From positions 1,353 through 65,352 of the forward strand of contig JBQTII010000081.1 of NCBI GenBank assembly GCA_052388275.1: a stretch of DNA of 64,000 nucleotides. The letters are read 5' to 3'. The notes under the pieces are model-generated. The model saw only the letters and a list, made by a program, of their open reading frames with translations. It had not been told where the DNA came from and ran no database searches. Position numbers and translations under genes: made by a program. Source of the stretch: Sporichthyaceae bacterium (lineage in GTDB: Bacteria; Actinomycetota; Actinomycetes; Sporichthyales; Sporichthyaceae). Shown here in pieces: positions 51,885 through 60,967 of this stretch (positions are counted from its first letter, which is position 1; every line of letters starts with the position of its first letter).

Positions 51885-52502
51885 CTAACGCCCCCGGACC
51901 TCGCGCTCACCGTCCCGAGCCGGGTCGTGGGCGGGCAACACGTCGGCGGACCAGTCCATCCGCTTCCACTCCGGCACCGGTGTCGACCGGCCGGCTGCGG
52001 GGACGAAAGCGGAGGGCTCCGCCAGCACGTAGCGGTGGATGTAGCGCGGGCAGTTCGGGTAAACGACGCGAGTGCGTACCCGGACCACGAACTGAGCTTC
52101 GGGATACTCACCCTGCAGCGGATCGTCGAAGTCGATGCTCGCCCTACCCTCAATCCGCATCCGGTGACCCGCCGTCAGGTCCAGGAACAACATCCCGACC
52201 TCGGCATTGGCCATCAGGTTTCCCGCGGACAGGTACATCCCGTTGCCGTCGTAGTTCGGGAACGCCAGCGTGCGCGGGTCCAGCACCTGCACGAACCCCG
52301 GGGCACCGCCTTTGTACGAGCACGTCGGTCGTCCCTGAGCATCGGCGGTGGCCAGGAAGAACATGTCCAGGCGCGAGATGAACTCCGCATCCGAGTCGCT
52401 GATCGTCTCGCTGAGGAGCATCTCCTCGATGCGGTCGGCGAGTCGCCGGGTGTCGAAGCGGTCCTGCAGCGCCCGCTGATCGTGGTGGAATCCTGCGCTC
52501 AT
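51885..52502 (-). CDS. Pyridoxamine 5'-phosphate oxidase family (FMN-binding split-barrel) protein
   Basis: MFFLATADAQGRPTCSYKGG.PGFV. AAGGAGG sits 6 nt upstream of ATG at 52502. Confidence 0.75.
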   Translation of the reverse strand: MSAGFHHDQRALQDRFDTRRLADRIEEMLLSETISDSDAEFISRLDMFFLATADAQGRPTCSYKGGAPGFVQVLDPRTLAFPNYDGNGMYLSAGNLMANAEVGMLFLDLTAGHRMRIEGRASIDFDDPLQGEYPEAQFVVRVRTRVVYPNCPRYIHRYVLAEPSAFVPAAGRSTPVPEWKRMDWSADVLPAHDPARDGEREVRGR

Positions 52503-52525
52503 CCGCGCCTCCTTTGCCCTCGACA

Positions 52526-55219
52526 TCACACCACAGCGGAGTAGGCGACGACGCCCCGGCGCACGGCGGCGATGGCCTGTTCCGCAACCTCGCGCAGGTC
52601 GCCCTCGGCGGCCTTGGCGATCTGGCCCAGCAGGTCGATGAGTCCCTTGGTGGCGCGCACGAAATCGCCCGCGGTCAGTTCCGTGTCGCGCAACACCGAT
52701 TCCAGGGAGTTACCCGAGGCCCAGCGGTAGGTCGTGGTGACGAAGCCCAGGTCTGGCTCACGCAGGAGATCGACGCGGTGCCGCTTCTCGACGGCCTCGA
52801 GCTCGGCCCAGAGCCGCACCATGGCGGCCAGGACCTCACGCACCGGGCCGTCCGGCAGCCGAGGTGCACCGGCGACCTCGGAACGAGACTCGAAGACCAG
52901 CGCCGACACGCACGCCGCCAACTGAGGCGGCGTCAGTGAATGCCAGAGGCCGGTGCGCAGACAGTCGGCGGCGAGGAGGTCGAGCTCGGAGTAGAGCCTG
53001 CCCAGCCGAACGCCGTCGGGGGGGACGTGATCGGTGTCCAAGTACCCGAGTTCATCGAGTACCGCGCAGACGCGGTCGAAGGTCCGTGCCACGGTGGCGG
53101 TCCGCCCGGCCACCTGCGCGCGCAGTTTGGCGGCGTCGCGCTCCAGACGTCTGTGCCGCTCACGCCAACGCGCATGGTCTTCGCGCTCGGGGCAGCCGTG
53201 GACGGGGTGCGCTCGCAGTTCGCGCCGCAACCGCTCGATCTCGGGGTCCTCCGTTGCGGCCGGCGCCCGGCGGCGGGCAGCTGCCGGCTCGATGCCCTTG
53301 GCACGAAGCGCCGAGGCAAGATCGCGCCTGGCGGTGGGCACACGCGGGTTGAACGACTTCGGGATCCGCAGGGTGTCCAGTGCCACCACCGGCCCCGCGA
53401 AGTCCGCCGTGCTCAAGGTGCGGTAGTGCCGGTCCGCGGTCAGCACCACCGGGCGCGGGTCCGCCGCAGCAGGCGAGAGCCCCGGATCCAGTACGACGGC
53501 GATCCCGGCGAATCGTCCCCGCGGGATGTGAATGACGTCGCCCTTACGTAACTTCTCCAGGGTGGCGACCACCTCCAGCGCGCGGTCCCCGCGCCGGCCC
53601 CGAGCCAGCTGCTGCTCACGGTCGCTGAGTGCGGTGCGCAGCGCGAAATAGGCGGCGTAGTCCCCGAGATGACACGTCGCGGCCTCGGCGTAGCCGGCCA
53701 GCGCGGTGTCCATCGTCCGGATCTGCGCTGCGATCCCGACGACGCTGCGGTCGGCCTGGAATTGTGCGAAGGAGGTTTCCAGCAGGGCACGGGAGCGCTC
53801 GCGCCCCACTCGCGCAACCAGGTTGACCGCCATGTTGTAGGACGGGCGAAAGCTTGAGCGCAGCGGATAGGTGCGCGCCGAGGCCAGCCCAGCCACCGAG
53901 CGCGGCTCCAACTGGGCGTTCCACAACACGACCGCGTGACCTTCGACGTCGATCCCGCGCCGCCCGGCCCGACCGGTCAGCTGGGTGAACTCCCCCGGCG
54001 TGACGTCGGCGTGCGCCTCCCCATTCCACTTCACGAGCTTTTCCAGCACCACCGAGCGCGCCGGCATGTTGATGCCCAGCGCGAGGGTCTCGGTGGCGAA
54101 GACCGCCTTGACCAGGCCCGCGACGAAAGCCGCCTCGACTACCTCACGGAAGGTCGGCAACATCCCGGCGTGGTGGGCGGCGATCCCGCGCTCCAGAGCG
54201 TCCAACCAGGCCGCGTAGCCCAGGACCGCGCGATCCGACTCGGGAATCACGGCGCAGGCCCGCGCGGCGAGTTCCCGCACAGCGGCGGCCTGGGCCGGGC
54301 TGCTCAGGCGTAGACCGGCCCGCACGCAGGCGCTCACCGCGGCGTCACACCCGGCCCGGCTGAAGATGAAGGTGATCGCCGGCAGCAACCCCTCGCGGTC
54401 CAGTCGCAGGATCACCTCGGGCCGGGACGGGGTGTACGCACCCCCCCGGCGACGCGGTGACGGCGGTGCGCCCCGCCCGCGATGGCGCGGCGGGCCTGCG
54501 GTCCGGCTCAGGCGCATCAGGTCGGGGTTGACGGCCGCCTCCTTGGATGAACCGCCGCGCCCGGTGTCGGACACGAACAGGTCGAGCATCGCGTCGCCCA
54601 CCATCACGTGCTGCCAGAGCGGGACCGGGCGGTGTTCGGAGACGATCACCTCGGTGGTACCGCGCACTGTCTGCAACCATTCGCCGAACTCCTCGGCGTT
54701 GGACACCGTCGCGGAGAGCGAGACGAGGGTGACCGACTCCGGGAGGTGGATGATCACCTCCTCCCAGGCGGCACCGCGGAAGGGATCGGCGAGGTAATGC
54801 ACCTCATCCATGACGACGAACGCGAGTCCGCGCAAGGTGGGTGAGGCGGCGTAGAGCATGTTGCGCAGCACCTCGGTGGTCATCACGACCACCGCCGCCT
54901 CGGAATTGATGGAGTTGTCCCCGGTCAGCAGGCCGACCGCCTGCCCGCCGTGGCGGGCCACCAGATCGGCGTACTTCTGATTGGACAACGCCTTGATGGG
55001 CGTGGTGTAGAAGCACTTGGCGCCTCGCGCCAGCGCGAGGTGCACGGCGAACTCACCGACCACGGTCTTGCCGGCGCCGGTGGGCGCGGCCACCAGCACC
55101 CCGGATCCGGCCTGTAGCGCCGCGCAGGCGAGCTCCTGGAACTCGTCGAGCGCGAAGCCCAGGCTGCCCCGGAATCGGGTCAGTTCATCGGCCGGCGCCG
55201 GCCCTGGGGCGTCCCTCAG
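52526..55219 (-). CDS. helY: Ski2-like DEAD/DEAH-box helicase HelY
   Basis: FALDEFQ (Q-motif), APTGAGKT, MDEVHY, SAT, LGINMPA, GRAGRRG. C-terminal Ski2/DSHCT-like region. There is no in-frame ATG or GTG near the expected start; CTG at 55219 is proposed. Confidence 0.85.
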   Translation of the reverse strand: MRDAPGPAPADELTRFRGSLGFALDEFQELACAALQAGSGVLVAAPTGAGKTVVGEFAVHLALARGAKCFYTTPIKALSNQKYADLVARHGGQAVGLLTGDNSINSEAAVVVMTTEVLRNMLYAASPTLRGLAFVVMDEVHYLADPFRGAAWEEVIIHLPESVTLVSLSATVSNAEEFGEWLQTVRGTTEVIVSEHRPVPLWQHVMVGDAMLDLFVSDTGRGGSSKEAAVNPDLMRLSRTAGPPRHRGRGAPPSPRRRGGAYTPSRPEVILRLDREGLLPAITFIFSRAGCDAAVSACVRAGLRLSSPAQAAAVRELAARACAVIPESDRAVLGYAAWLDALERGIAAHHAGMLPTFREVVEAAFVAGLVKAVFATETLALGINMPARSVVLEKLVKWNGEAHADVTPGEFTQLTGRAGRRGIDVEGHAVVLWNAQLEPRSVAGLASARTYPLRSSFRPSYNMAVNLVARVGRERSRALLETSFAQFQADRSVVGIAAQIRTMDTALAGYAEAATCHLGDYAAYFALRTALSDREQQLARGRRGDRALEVVATLEKLRKGDVIHIPRGRFAGIAVVLDPGLSPAAADPRPVVLTADRHYRTLSTADFAGPVVALDTLRIPKSFNPRVPTARRDLASALRAKGIEPAAARRRAPAATEDPEIERLRRELRAHPVHGCPEREDHARWRERHRRLERDAAKLRAQVAGRTATVARTFDRVCAVLDELGYLDTDHVPPDGVRLGRLYSELDLLAADCLRTGLWHSLTPPQLAACVSALVFESRSEVAGAPRLPDGPVREVLAAMVRLWAELEAVEKRHRVDLLREPDLGFVTTTYRWASGNSLESVLRDTELTAGDFVRATKGLIDLLGQIAKAAEGDLREVAEQAIAAVRRGVVAYSAVV

Positions 55220-56046
55220 GGGAGATCCTCGCCATTTCCGGCAGCAAGCTCGGCGGCCGCCTCGCGTCGGGACTTGCGGCGATCCAGAATCGCCGTGATC
55301 ACGATCGCGATGCCGTACAGGATCGTCATCGGTGCGGCCAGGGCGATCATCGTGTACGGGTCCCCGGTCGGGGTCGCGATGGCGGCGAAGACGAAGATCC
55401 CGAAGATCATCTGCCGCCACCAGCCCCGGATCTGCCGCGACGTGCACAGCCCGGCCATGTTGAACATGACCAGGATCAGCGGCAACTCGAACGAGATTCC
55501 GAACACCAGGATCATGCGCAGGACGAAGTCGAGGTAGTTGTCCAGCGGCAGCAGGTTGGCGACCTCGCCGGGCGCGAATCCCAGCAGGATGTCCACGGCG
55601 ACCGGCAGCAGGAGGTAGGACAGGTAGGCGCCGGCAAGGAACAGCGGGGCGCCGGCGCCGACAAAGATGTAGGTCCAGCGCTTCTCGCGCCGGTGCAGCC
55701 CGGGGGCAAGGAAGGCCCACAGTTGCCAGAGCCAGAATGGGCTGGACAACATCAGGCCGCAGAACAGGGCGACCTTGAGCTGCAGGGACAGCGGGCCGAT
55801 GACGCCGGTCACGACCAGCGCCCCGCAGCGGCCGTCCGCAACCCCGCGCACGCCCGACTCGCAGACCGGCTCGATGAGCACGTCGATGATGTGGTCGTAG
55901 AGCGCGAAGCAGATGATGCTCGTGATGACGATCGCGATCACCGCGCGGATCAGCCGGCCCCGCAGCTCACGCAGATGCTCGAGGAGAGGCATTCGCCCCT
56001 CGTCGGCGGGGCGGCCGGCGGGCGCGTTCCCCGTGGTCGCTGTCAC
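55216..56046 (-). CDS. tatC: Twin-arginine translocase subunit TatC
   Basis: MPLLEHLRELR.R......, PGL...E, six TM helices, F.L..GI.FE.P. Confidence 0.92.
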   Translation of the reverse strand: MTATTGNAPAGRPADEGRMPLLEHLRELRGRLIRAVIAIVITSIICFALYDHIIDVLIEPVCESGVRGVADGRCGALVVTGVIGPLSLQLKVALFCGLMLSSPFWLWQLWAFLAPGLHRREKRWTYIFVGAGAPLFLAGAYLSYLLLPVAVDILLGFAPGEVANLLPLDNYLDFVLRMILVFGISFELPLILVMFNMAGLCTSRQIRGWWRQMIFGIFVFAAIATPTGDPYTMIALAAPMTILYGIAIVITAILDRRKSRREAAAELAAGNGEDLP

Positions 56047-56055
56047 TGCAGGGTG

Positions 56056-56310
56056 TTACCGGTCGATCTGGTTCGGGTCTTCGACCCGGGTGGGCGGGGT
56101 GATCACCGGGGTTGCCGGCGGCAGGTCCCCTGCGGCCGTCACCTGCGGCGGCGCCGCCGGCTTGGGCGCGTCGTCGTCAGCAATGGACTTCTTGAAGATC
56201 TTCAGCGACTGCCCTACGGACTTTGCGGTGTCCGGAAGGCGCTTGGCGCCGAACAGCAGGACGACGATCACGAGGATCAGCGTCAGTTCAAGCGGGCCGA
56301 GATTGCCCAT
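56056..56310 (-). CDS. tatA: Twin-arginine translocase subunit TatA
   Basis: LILVIVVLLFGAKRLP....VG.S...FKK. Confidence 0.92.
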   Translation of the reverse strand: MGNLGPLELTLILVIVVLLFGAKRLPDTAKSVGQSLKIFKKSIADDDAPKPAAPPQVTAAGDLPPATPVITPPTRVEDPNQIDR

Positions 56311-56353
56311 GGCGGACTCCGTTCCGGAACGAGGCGTTCCTCAAGGTTACCTG

Positions 56354-56367
56354 CAGATACGTATCTG
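56354..56367. promoter_or_regulatory. Perfect 14-bp palindrome CAGATACGTATCTG upstream of tatA
   Basis: Read directly. Lies about 45 nt upstream of the tatA start codon, in an otherwise GC-rich spacer. Confidence 0.4.
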
Positions 56368-56429
56368 ACCAGTGCGCGGACAGGCCCAGACCTCCACATG
56401 TGGGGTCATTCTCACCTGCCGGGACAGCC

Positions 56430-56636
56430 TTACCTGAACTCCCGTGCGTTATTCGCAGCCGGCAGGCTCCGGGATGCCGCATCGAGGGCGGAACTGGCAT
56501 CGGCGAGGGAATTCGACACCCGCCCTACCTCACGTCCCAGCGCGGTCACCGCCCGCCACAAGCGCAACGCCGGGACCACGAGAACAATTGCCCCACCCGC
56601 CGCTGCCACGATGCCGATCGCCACAAAGGTCACCAC
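56430..56636 (-). CDS. Small membrane-anchored protein (68 aa), unknown function
   Basis: One N-terminal TM (FVAIGIVAAAGGAIVLVV), then an amphipathic helix. G/C third-position bias. Confidence 0.5.
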   Translation of the reverse strand: MVTFVAIGIVAAAGGAIVLVVPALRLWRAVTALGREVGRVSNSLADASSALDAASRSLPAANNAREFR

Positions 56637-56672
56637 CCGAGACTAGGGCATGTCCTGGCAGGGCCGGGTCGG

Positions 56673-56924
56673 CTACCGCGCGCTCACCGTCGGCACCCGG
56701 CGGGCGAGTAGTTCGGCGGCGACCACCCGCGAGGCCTCCCGCCTGACGTCTGCGCCGCACTGCGGGCACCGGAATCGGTAGTGCGCGGACCGGCCGGATC
56801 CGGGCACCACCAGGCGCAGGTCCGCTGCCCGGACCCGGACATGCCCGCAGTCCGGGCAGGTGACCTTGACCTCGATGTCGGGCGAACCCATGGCCGGGCC
56901 CGGGGTGAGCTCGAACTCGCTCAT
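56673..56924 (-). CDS. Small zinc-ribbon protein (83 aa) translationally coupled to pafC
   Basis: CPDCG ... CPQCG (CxxC-x27-CxxC). ATGA overlap with the pafC stop at 56921-56924. Confidence 0.6.
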   Translation of the reverse strand: MSEFELTPGPAMGSPDIEVKVTCPDCGHVRVRAADLRLVVPGSGRSAHYRFRCPQCGADVRREASRVVAAELLARRVPTVSAR

Positions 56925-57895
56925 CGGCAGGTCGAGTCCGGATAGAGCGCCAGCGCGGTGCCCGCCGCGGTGCGTACCTGCGCCACGAGCTCGGGCGGTT
57001 CCAGCAGGGTGGCGGTCGGGCCGAGCCGCAGCGCGAGCCGCACCAGCCACGCCGGGTCCCCCGAGCGGATCCGGACCCGGGTCCGCCCCCCTGGCAGATC
57101 AACCACGTCCTCGCAGGGGTAGTACTCACTCACCCAGCGGGCTGCCGCTTCACACTCGAACTCCGCGAGGGTGCCACCGGAGTCGGAGCCGAACAGCCCT
57201 GCGTCCACATCGGCCAGGCCGGCCTCGGGGTGCGTCGCCGAAGGTGTGTCCAGCACCCGCACGTCCAGCATCCGGTCAAGACGGAACTTGCGCACCGCCT
57301 CGGCGCGGTAACACCAACCCTGTAGGTAGGTGCGTCCGGAGATCACGGCGATCCGCAGGGGATCGACCTCCCGCTCGGTGTCCTCGTCGCGACCGGGCAC
57401 GTGATAGCTCAGGTGCAACCGGCGCCCGCTCGCCAAGGCGTCCCGGACCAGGGCATGGATCAGCGGGTCGACCTGCTCGGCCGATGCGACTCCCACTCGC
57501 GCTTCGGCTGGGCCCAGCGCGCTACCCGCAACCTCGGTCAGCTTGGCCATGGTGCGGTCCAGCGCATCGTGCTCTGCCGCGCCGGGCAGCCCGGCCAGCA
57601 ACTGCAGCCCCACGAGCAAGGCGGCGGATTCCTCGACGCCGAGCCGCAGCGGGCGCGCGATGGTGTCGGCGTTGCCCAGAAAGACCTGCCCGTCGGACCA
57701 CTCCGCCTCGATGAGATCGTCGGGCAGGTGTCCCGGCGTTCCGCAGCAGAACAACAGGTAAAGGTCCTTCTCCAGCTGGTCCGGGGTGACGCCCGCGTCG
57801 GCGGCCGCCTGCTGGAGCGAGATCCCTTGACGCGTGAGCAGATAGGGCACCAGCGCGAGTAACCGCGTCAGATGCTCGGCGGCGCCGGTCGTCAT
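56921..57895 (-). CDS. pafC: Proteasome accessory factor C (HTH-WYL regulator)
   Basis: Position immediately after pafB with a 4-nt overlap. WYL-type core RLHLSYHVPGRDEDTEREVDPLRIAVISGRTYLQGWC. Confidence 0.8.
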   Translation of the reverse strand: MTTGAAEHLTRLLALVPYLLTRQGISLQQAAADAGVTPDQLEKDLYLLFCCGTPGHLPDDLIEAEWSDGQVFLGNADTIARPLRLGVEESAALLVGLQLLAGLPGAAEHDALDRTMAKLTEVAGSALGPAEARVGVASAEQVDPLIHALVRDALASGRRLHLSYHVPGRDEDTEREVDPLRIAVISGRTYLQGWCYRAEAVRKFRLDRMLDVRVLDTPSATHPEAGLADVDAGLFGSDSGGTLAEFECEAAARWVSEYYPCEDVVDLPGGRTRVRIRSGDPAWLVRLALRLGPTATLLEPPELVAQVRTAAGTALALYPDSTCR

Positions 57896-58857
57896 GGTGA
57901 GGCCGCCAATTGACGCAGGCGAGCGAGCACCGCGGCCCGGATCTCGGGTGGGCCCTCGGCAACCACCTCCGGGCCGTGCGCGACCAGCTCGTCGACCAGA
58001 AATCCTGGCTCGCCGTAGGGAAGCATGAGACGGTCCCAGCCGGCCTGCGGGCCCGCCGTGACCCGGGTGGCGCTACGGCGCAGGCCGGCGCCCCCACCGG
58101 TGCGTACCAGGACGCTCGCGCTGCCCACCGGCTCGGGCGGGGCGAAGGCGCGCAGGTGCTCCCGGATCGCCTCATCGGGCGGGCGGTGGACCGACCCAGC
58201 CGCTGCGAAGGTCTTGACCCCAGAGGTAATCCTGCTCAGCCGGAACATGCGTGCCGCGTCCCGGTCGCGGTCATGCCCGATCACGTACCAGCGCACCCCC
58301 CGGACCAGCAGGTGCCAGGGTTCCACGCGGCGCCGCACCGACTCGCTCGCACCGGCGCTGCGGTAGTCGAAGGTGACCGGCTGCCCGCGCAGCACCGCGG
58401 ACCACAACGGGGTGAATGCGGGGTCGGTAGCGCCCAGGCGCGGCTCGAAACCGACGACCGTAGAAAGATCAGGGTCGACGCCGTCGGCGCGCAGCTTGAG
58501 CAACGCGGTGTGCGCAGCCCCGGAGACCGAGGCCTGCGACCAGGCCCGGGCGGCCAGCGCCAGCACCGCCAACTCGTCGGGGGCGAACGACACCGCCGGC
58601 AGCGCATAGGTGCTGCGGTCGATCCGATAGCCGACCTCGTCCTCGAAGTACGCGTCCTGGCCGCCGGTCTCCAGCGGAATCCCCAGCTCGCGCAGCTCGT
58701 CCTTGTCGCGCTCAAACATGCGCTCGAAGGCCTCATCGCTCGCGCACTGGGCGTAGGAGGGCACCGCCCGGCGGATCTGGTCCTTCGTCAGATAGCGCCG
58801 CGTCGAGAGCAGGCACATGGTGAGGTTGAGCAGTCGCTCGGTGCGCTTCGCGGACAT
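57892..58857 (-). CDS. pafB: Proteasome accessory factor B (HTH-WYL regulator)
   Basis: TERLLNLTMCLLSTRRYLTKDQIR (HTH). WYL core VTFDYRSAGASESVRRRVEPWHLLVRGVRWYVIGH. Confidence 0.8.
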   Translation of the reverse strand: MSAKRTERLLNLTMCLLSTRRYLTKDQIRRAVPSYAQCASDEAFERMFERDKDELRELGIPLETGGQDAYFEDEVGYRIDRSTYALPAVSFAPDELAVLALAARAWSQASVSGAAHTALLKLRADGVDPDLSTVVGFEPRLGATDPAFTPLWSAVLRGQPVTFDYRSAGASESVRRRVEPWHLLVRGVRWYVIGHDRDRDAARMFRLSRITSGVKTFAAAGSVHRPPDEAIREHLRAFAPPEPVGSASVLVRTGGGAGLRRSATRVTAGPQAGWDRLMLPYGEPGFLVDELVAHGPEVVAEGPPEIRAAVLARLRQLAASP

Positions 58858-58911
58858 CGACTGCGATGCTATTAGGTTGTGCGCGTGATCCATTGGCGGC
58901 GCGGGGGCGTG

Positions 58912-59970
58912 ATGAGCCTGGGTCGCGAGTGGCCCGGGGCCCTTGAACTCAGTGTCGACGTCGACGGCTCACCCCTGCTCGCGCTGGCCTATCCGGCGCT
59001 GACCGGGCGACCCGAGATCGGCGACGAAGTGCTGGTGAACGTCGGGGCGCTGGTGGCCGGGCCCGGGGGCCGGGCGCTGGGCACCGGGGGCTACGCGCCG
59101 GTGATCGCCCTTCCCACTCGCCTGCCGGTGGATCCGCCGGCAGGTGGGCATCTGGTGAAGGCTCGCTACACCCCCCAGCAGGTAATGGTGGGCGGAGCCG
59201 ACGAGCAGGGCTCACCCCACCACGACCTGCTGCGTGACGCGGACGATCTGGGCGCCATGCCGGTCATCACCGCCGATCTGCACTCCGCGCTGGCGGCGAT
59301 CTGCGCAGCGATAGCCGCGGATGCGCCCGGGACCCGGGTCGCCTATGTCCTCACCGACGGCGGCGCACTGCCGGCCTGGTTCTCCCGCACCGTGCCCGCG
59401 CTACGCGGGGCGGGCCTGCTGGTGGGGGCGGTGAGCACCGGACAGTCCTTCGGCGGCGACCTGGAGTGCGTGTCGCTGCATTCCGGCCTGCTGGCGGCCC
59501 GGGTCGTCCTGGGCGCGGACATCGCCGTGGTCGCCCCTGGCCCCGGAAACCTGGGCACCGGAACGCGCTGGGGCTTCTCCGGGGTCGCCGCGGGGGAGGC
59601 CGTCAACGCCGCTGCCACCCTTGGCGGGCGCCCGGTGGCGTGCCTGCGGTTATCGGCCGTCGATGAGCGCGAGCGACACCGCGGGGTCTCTCATCACAGC
59701 CTCACCGCTTACGGGCGGGTCGCTCTTGCGCCGGCGGACGTCGCGGTGCCCTTGCTGACCGGGGCGTTCGGCGCGGCCGTGCGTGCGCAATGCGCCCCGC
59801 TGGCCACCTCTCACCGTCTAGTAGAGGTTGATCTAGCGGGGCTTCGGGAGGTCCTCGAAGCATCCGCTGTGCCGCTGTCCAGCATGGGGCGAGACCTGTC
59901 CGAGGACCCCGCGTGCTTCCTCGCCGCCGCGGCCGCCGGCCGCCATGCGGCGAGCCTGCTCGGTCAGTAG
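58912..59970 (+). CDS. Conserved hypothetical protein (DUF3866-like, from memory)
   Basis: A..YPALTGRPEIGDEVLVNVGA...ALGTGGYAPV pattern, about 350 aa. The start is uncertain (GTG at 58879, 58885 or 58909; ATG at 58912). Confidence 0.55.
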   Translation: MSLGREWPGALELSVDVDGSPLLALAYPALTGRPEIGDEVLVNVGALVAGPGGRALGTGGYAPVIALPTRLPVDPPAGGHLVKARYTPQQVMVGGADEQGSPHHDLLRDADDLGAMPVITADLHSALAAICAAIAADAPGTRVAYVLTDGGALPAWFSRTVPALRGAGLLVGAVSTGQSFGGDLECVSLHSGLLAARVVLGADIAVVAPGPGNLGTGTRWGFSGVAAGEAVNAAATLGGRPVACLRLSAVDERERHRGVSHHSLTAYGRVALAPADVAVPLLTGAFGAAVRAQCAPLATSHRLVEVDLAGLREVLEASAVPLSSMGRDLSEDPACFLAAAAAGRHAASLLGQ

Positions 59971-60950
59971 GTGCCCAGCAGGTCGATCACGAATACGAGG
60001 GTGTCGGTGCCCTTGATACCGGCGGCCTCGTTGCCCGCGGCGCCGTAGCCGAGCTTGGGCGGGATCACCAGGATGACCCGGGAGCCGACCGTCTGCCCCG
60101 TCAGGCCCTTCACCCAGCCCTCGATGACCCCGCCCTCGCCGTTGGCCGGATCACCCGCGCCGAGCACGGCGCCGAAGGGGCCGCGTCCCGGCTGCCAGGA
60201 GGAGTCGAACACCTTGCCGTTTCGCCAGAGCGCGCCGGTGTACTGGGCGACGATCGAGGAATCCCTTCTCACCTGTGGACCGCCACCAGTGGTGAGCACC
60301 CGGGCGATGAGGTCCTGGGGCGCTGCGACCTCAGGCACCGTCAGCTTCGGGTCCGCCCCGGTGGGATCCGCACTGGGCAGCGAGGGCGCCTTGTCCGCGT
60401 TCGAGGCCTTACCCGCTGCCGCGGCGCCGGCGCCGAAGGCGTCCAGGACGTCGATGACGAACATCAGGCTGTCGCCGGGTAGCACGCCGACGGCCGTATT
60501 GCCCTGCGCGCCGAACCCGTCCGCTGCCGGAATGGCGAGAAGCACCCTCGACCCGATCGGCACACCCGGCAGCGCCGTGGCCCAGCCGGGCACCACGTCG
60601 TCGAGGCGGCGGATCAGGGGACGCTTGCCGAAGGTGTTGACGAAGGCCGGCAACTCGACTCCGTCGACGTCCCAGACCTGACCCTTGACGTCAGCGACGA
60701 GCAGATCATCAGCCGCCAGCGCCCGCCCCGTTCCGCGGGTCAGCACCGAGGTCGTCGTCTGCGGCGGCGGTGCGGTGATGGACCGCAGCGTGGGCTCGAC
60801 TCCGAGCTCCGCCGTCGAAACCTCGGGCAGCGCGAACGACTTCGCCTTGGCCTTCTCGCCGCCACCACCGCCGCAGGCCGACAGGACCAGAACGGCGATC
60901 AGCACGAGGGCAGCTTTACGGCGCACGCTCCATCGTTCCATGCGCAGCAT
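59964..60950 (-). CDS. Lipoprotein with two tandem FKBP-type peptidyl-prolyl isomerase domains
   Basis: Lipobox VLSAC. Two copies of the FKBP C-terminal pattern: (GSRVLLAIPAADGFG...LMFVIDVL) and (GSRVILVIPPKLGYG...LVFVIDLL). Confidence 0.85.
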   Translation of the reverse strand: MLRMERWSVRRKAALVLIAVLVLSACGGGGGEKAKAKSFALPEVSTAELGVEPTLRSITAPPPQTTTSVLTRGTGRALAADDLLVADVKGQVWDVDGVELPAFVNTFGKRPLIRRLDDVVPGWATALPGVPIGSRVLLAIPAADGFGAQGNTAVGVLPGDSLMFVIDVLDAFGAGAAAAGKASNADKAPSLPSADPTGADPKLTVPEVAAPQDLIARVLTTGGGPQVRRDSSIVAQYTGALWRNGKVFDSSWQPGRGPFGAVLGAGDPANGEGGVIEGWVKGLTGQTVGSRVILVIPPKLGYGAAGNEAAGIKGTDTLVFVIDLLGTY

Positions 60951-60967
60951 GCACCGGGCGCCGCAGG

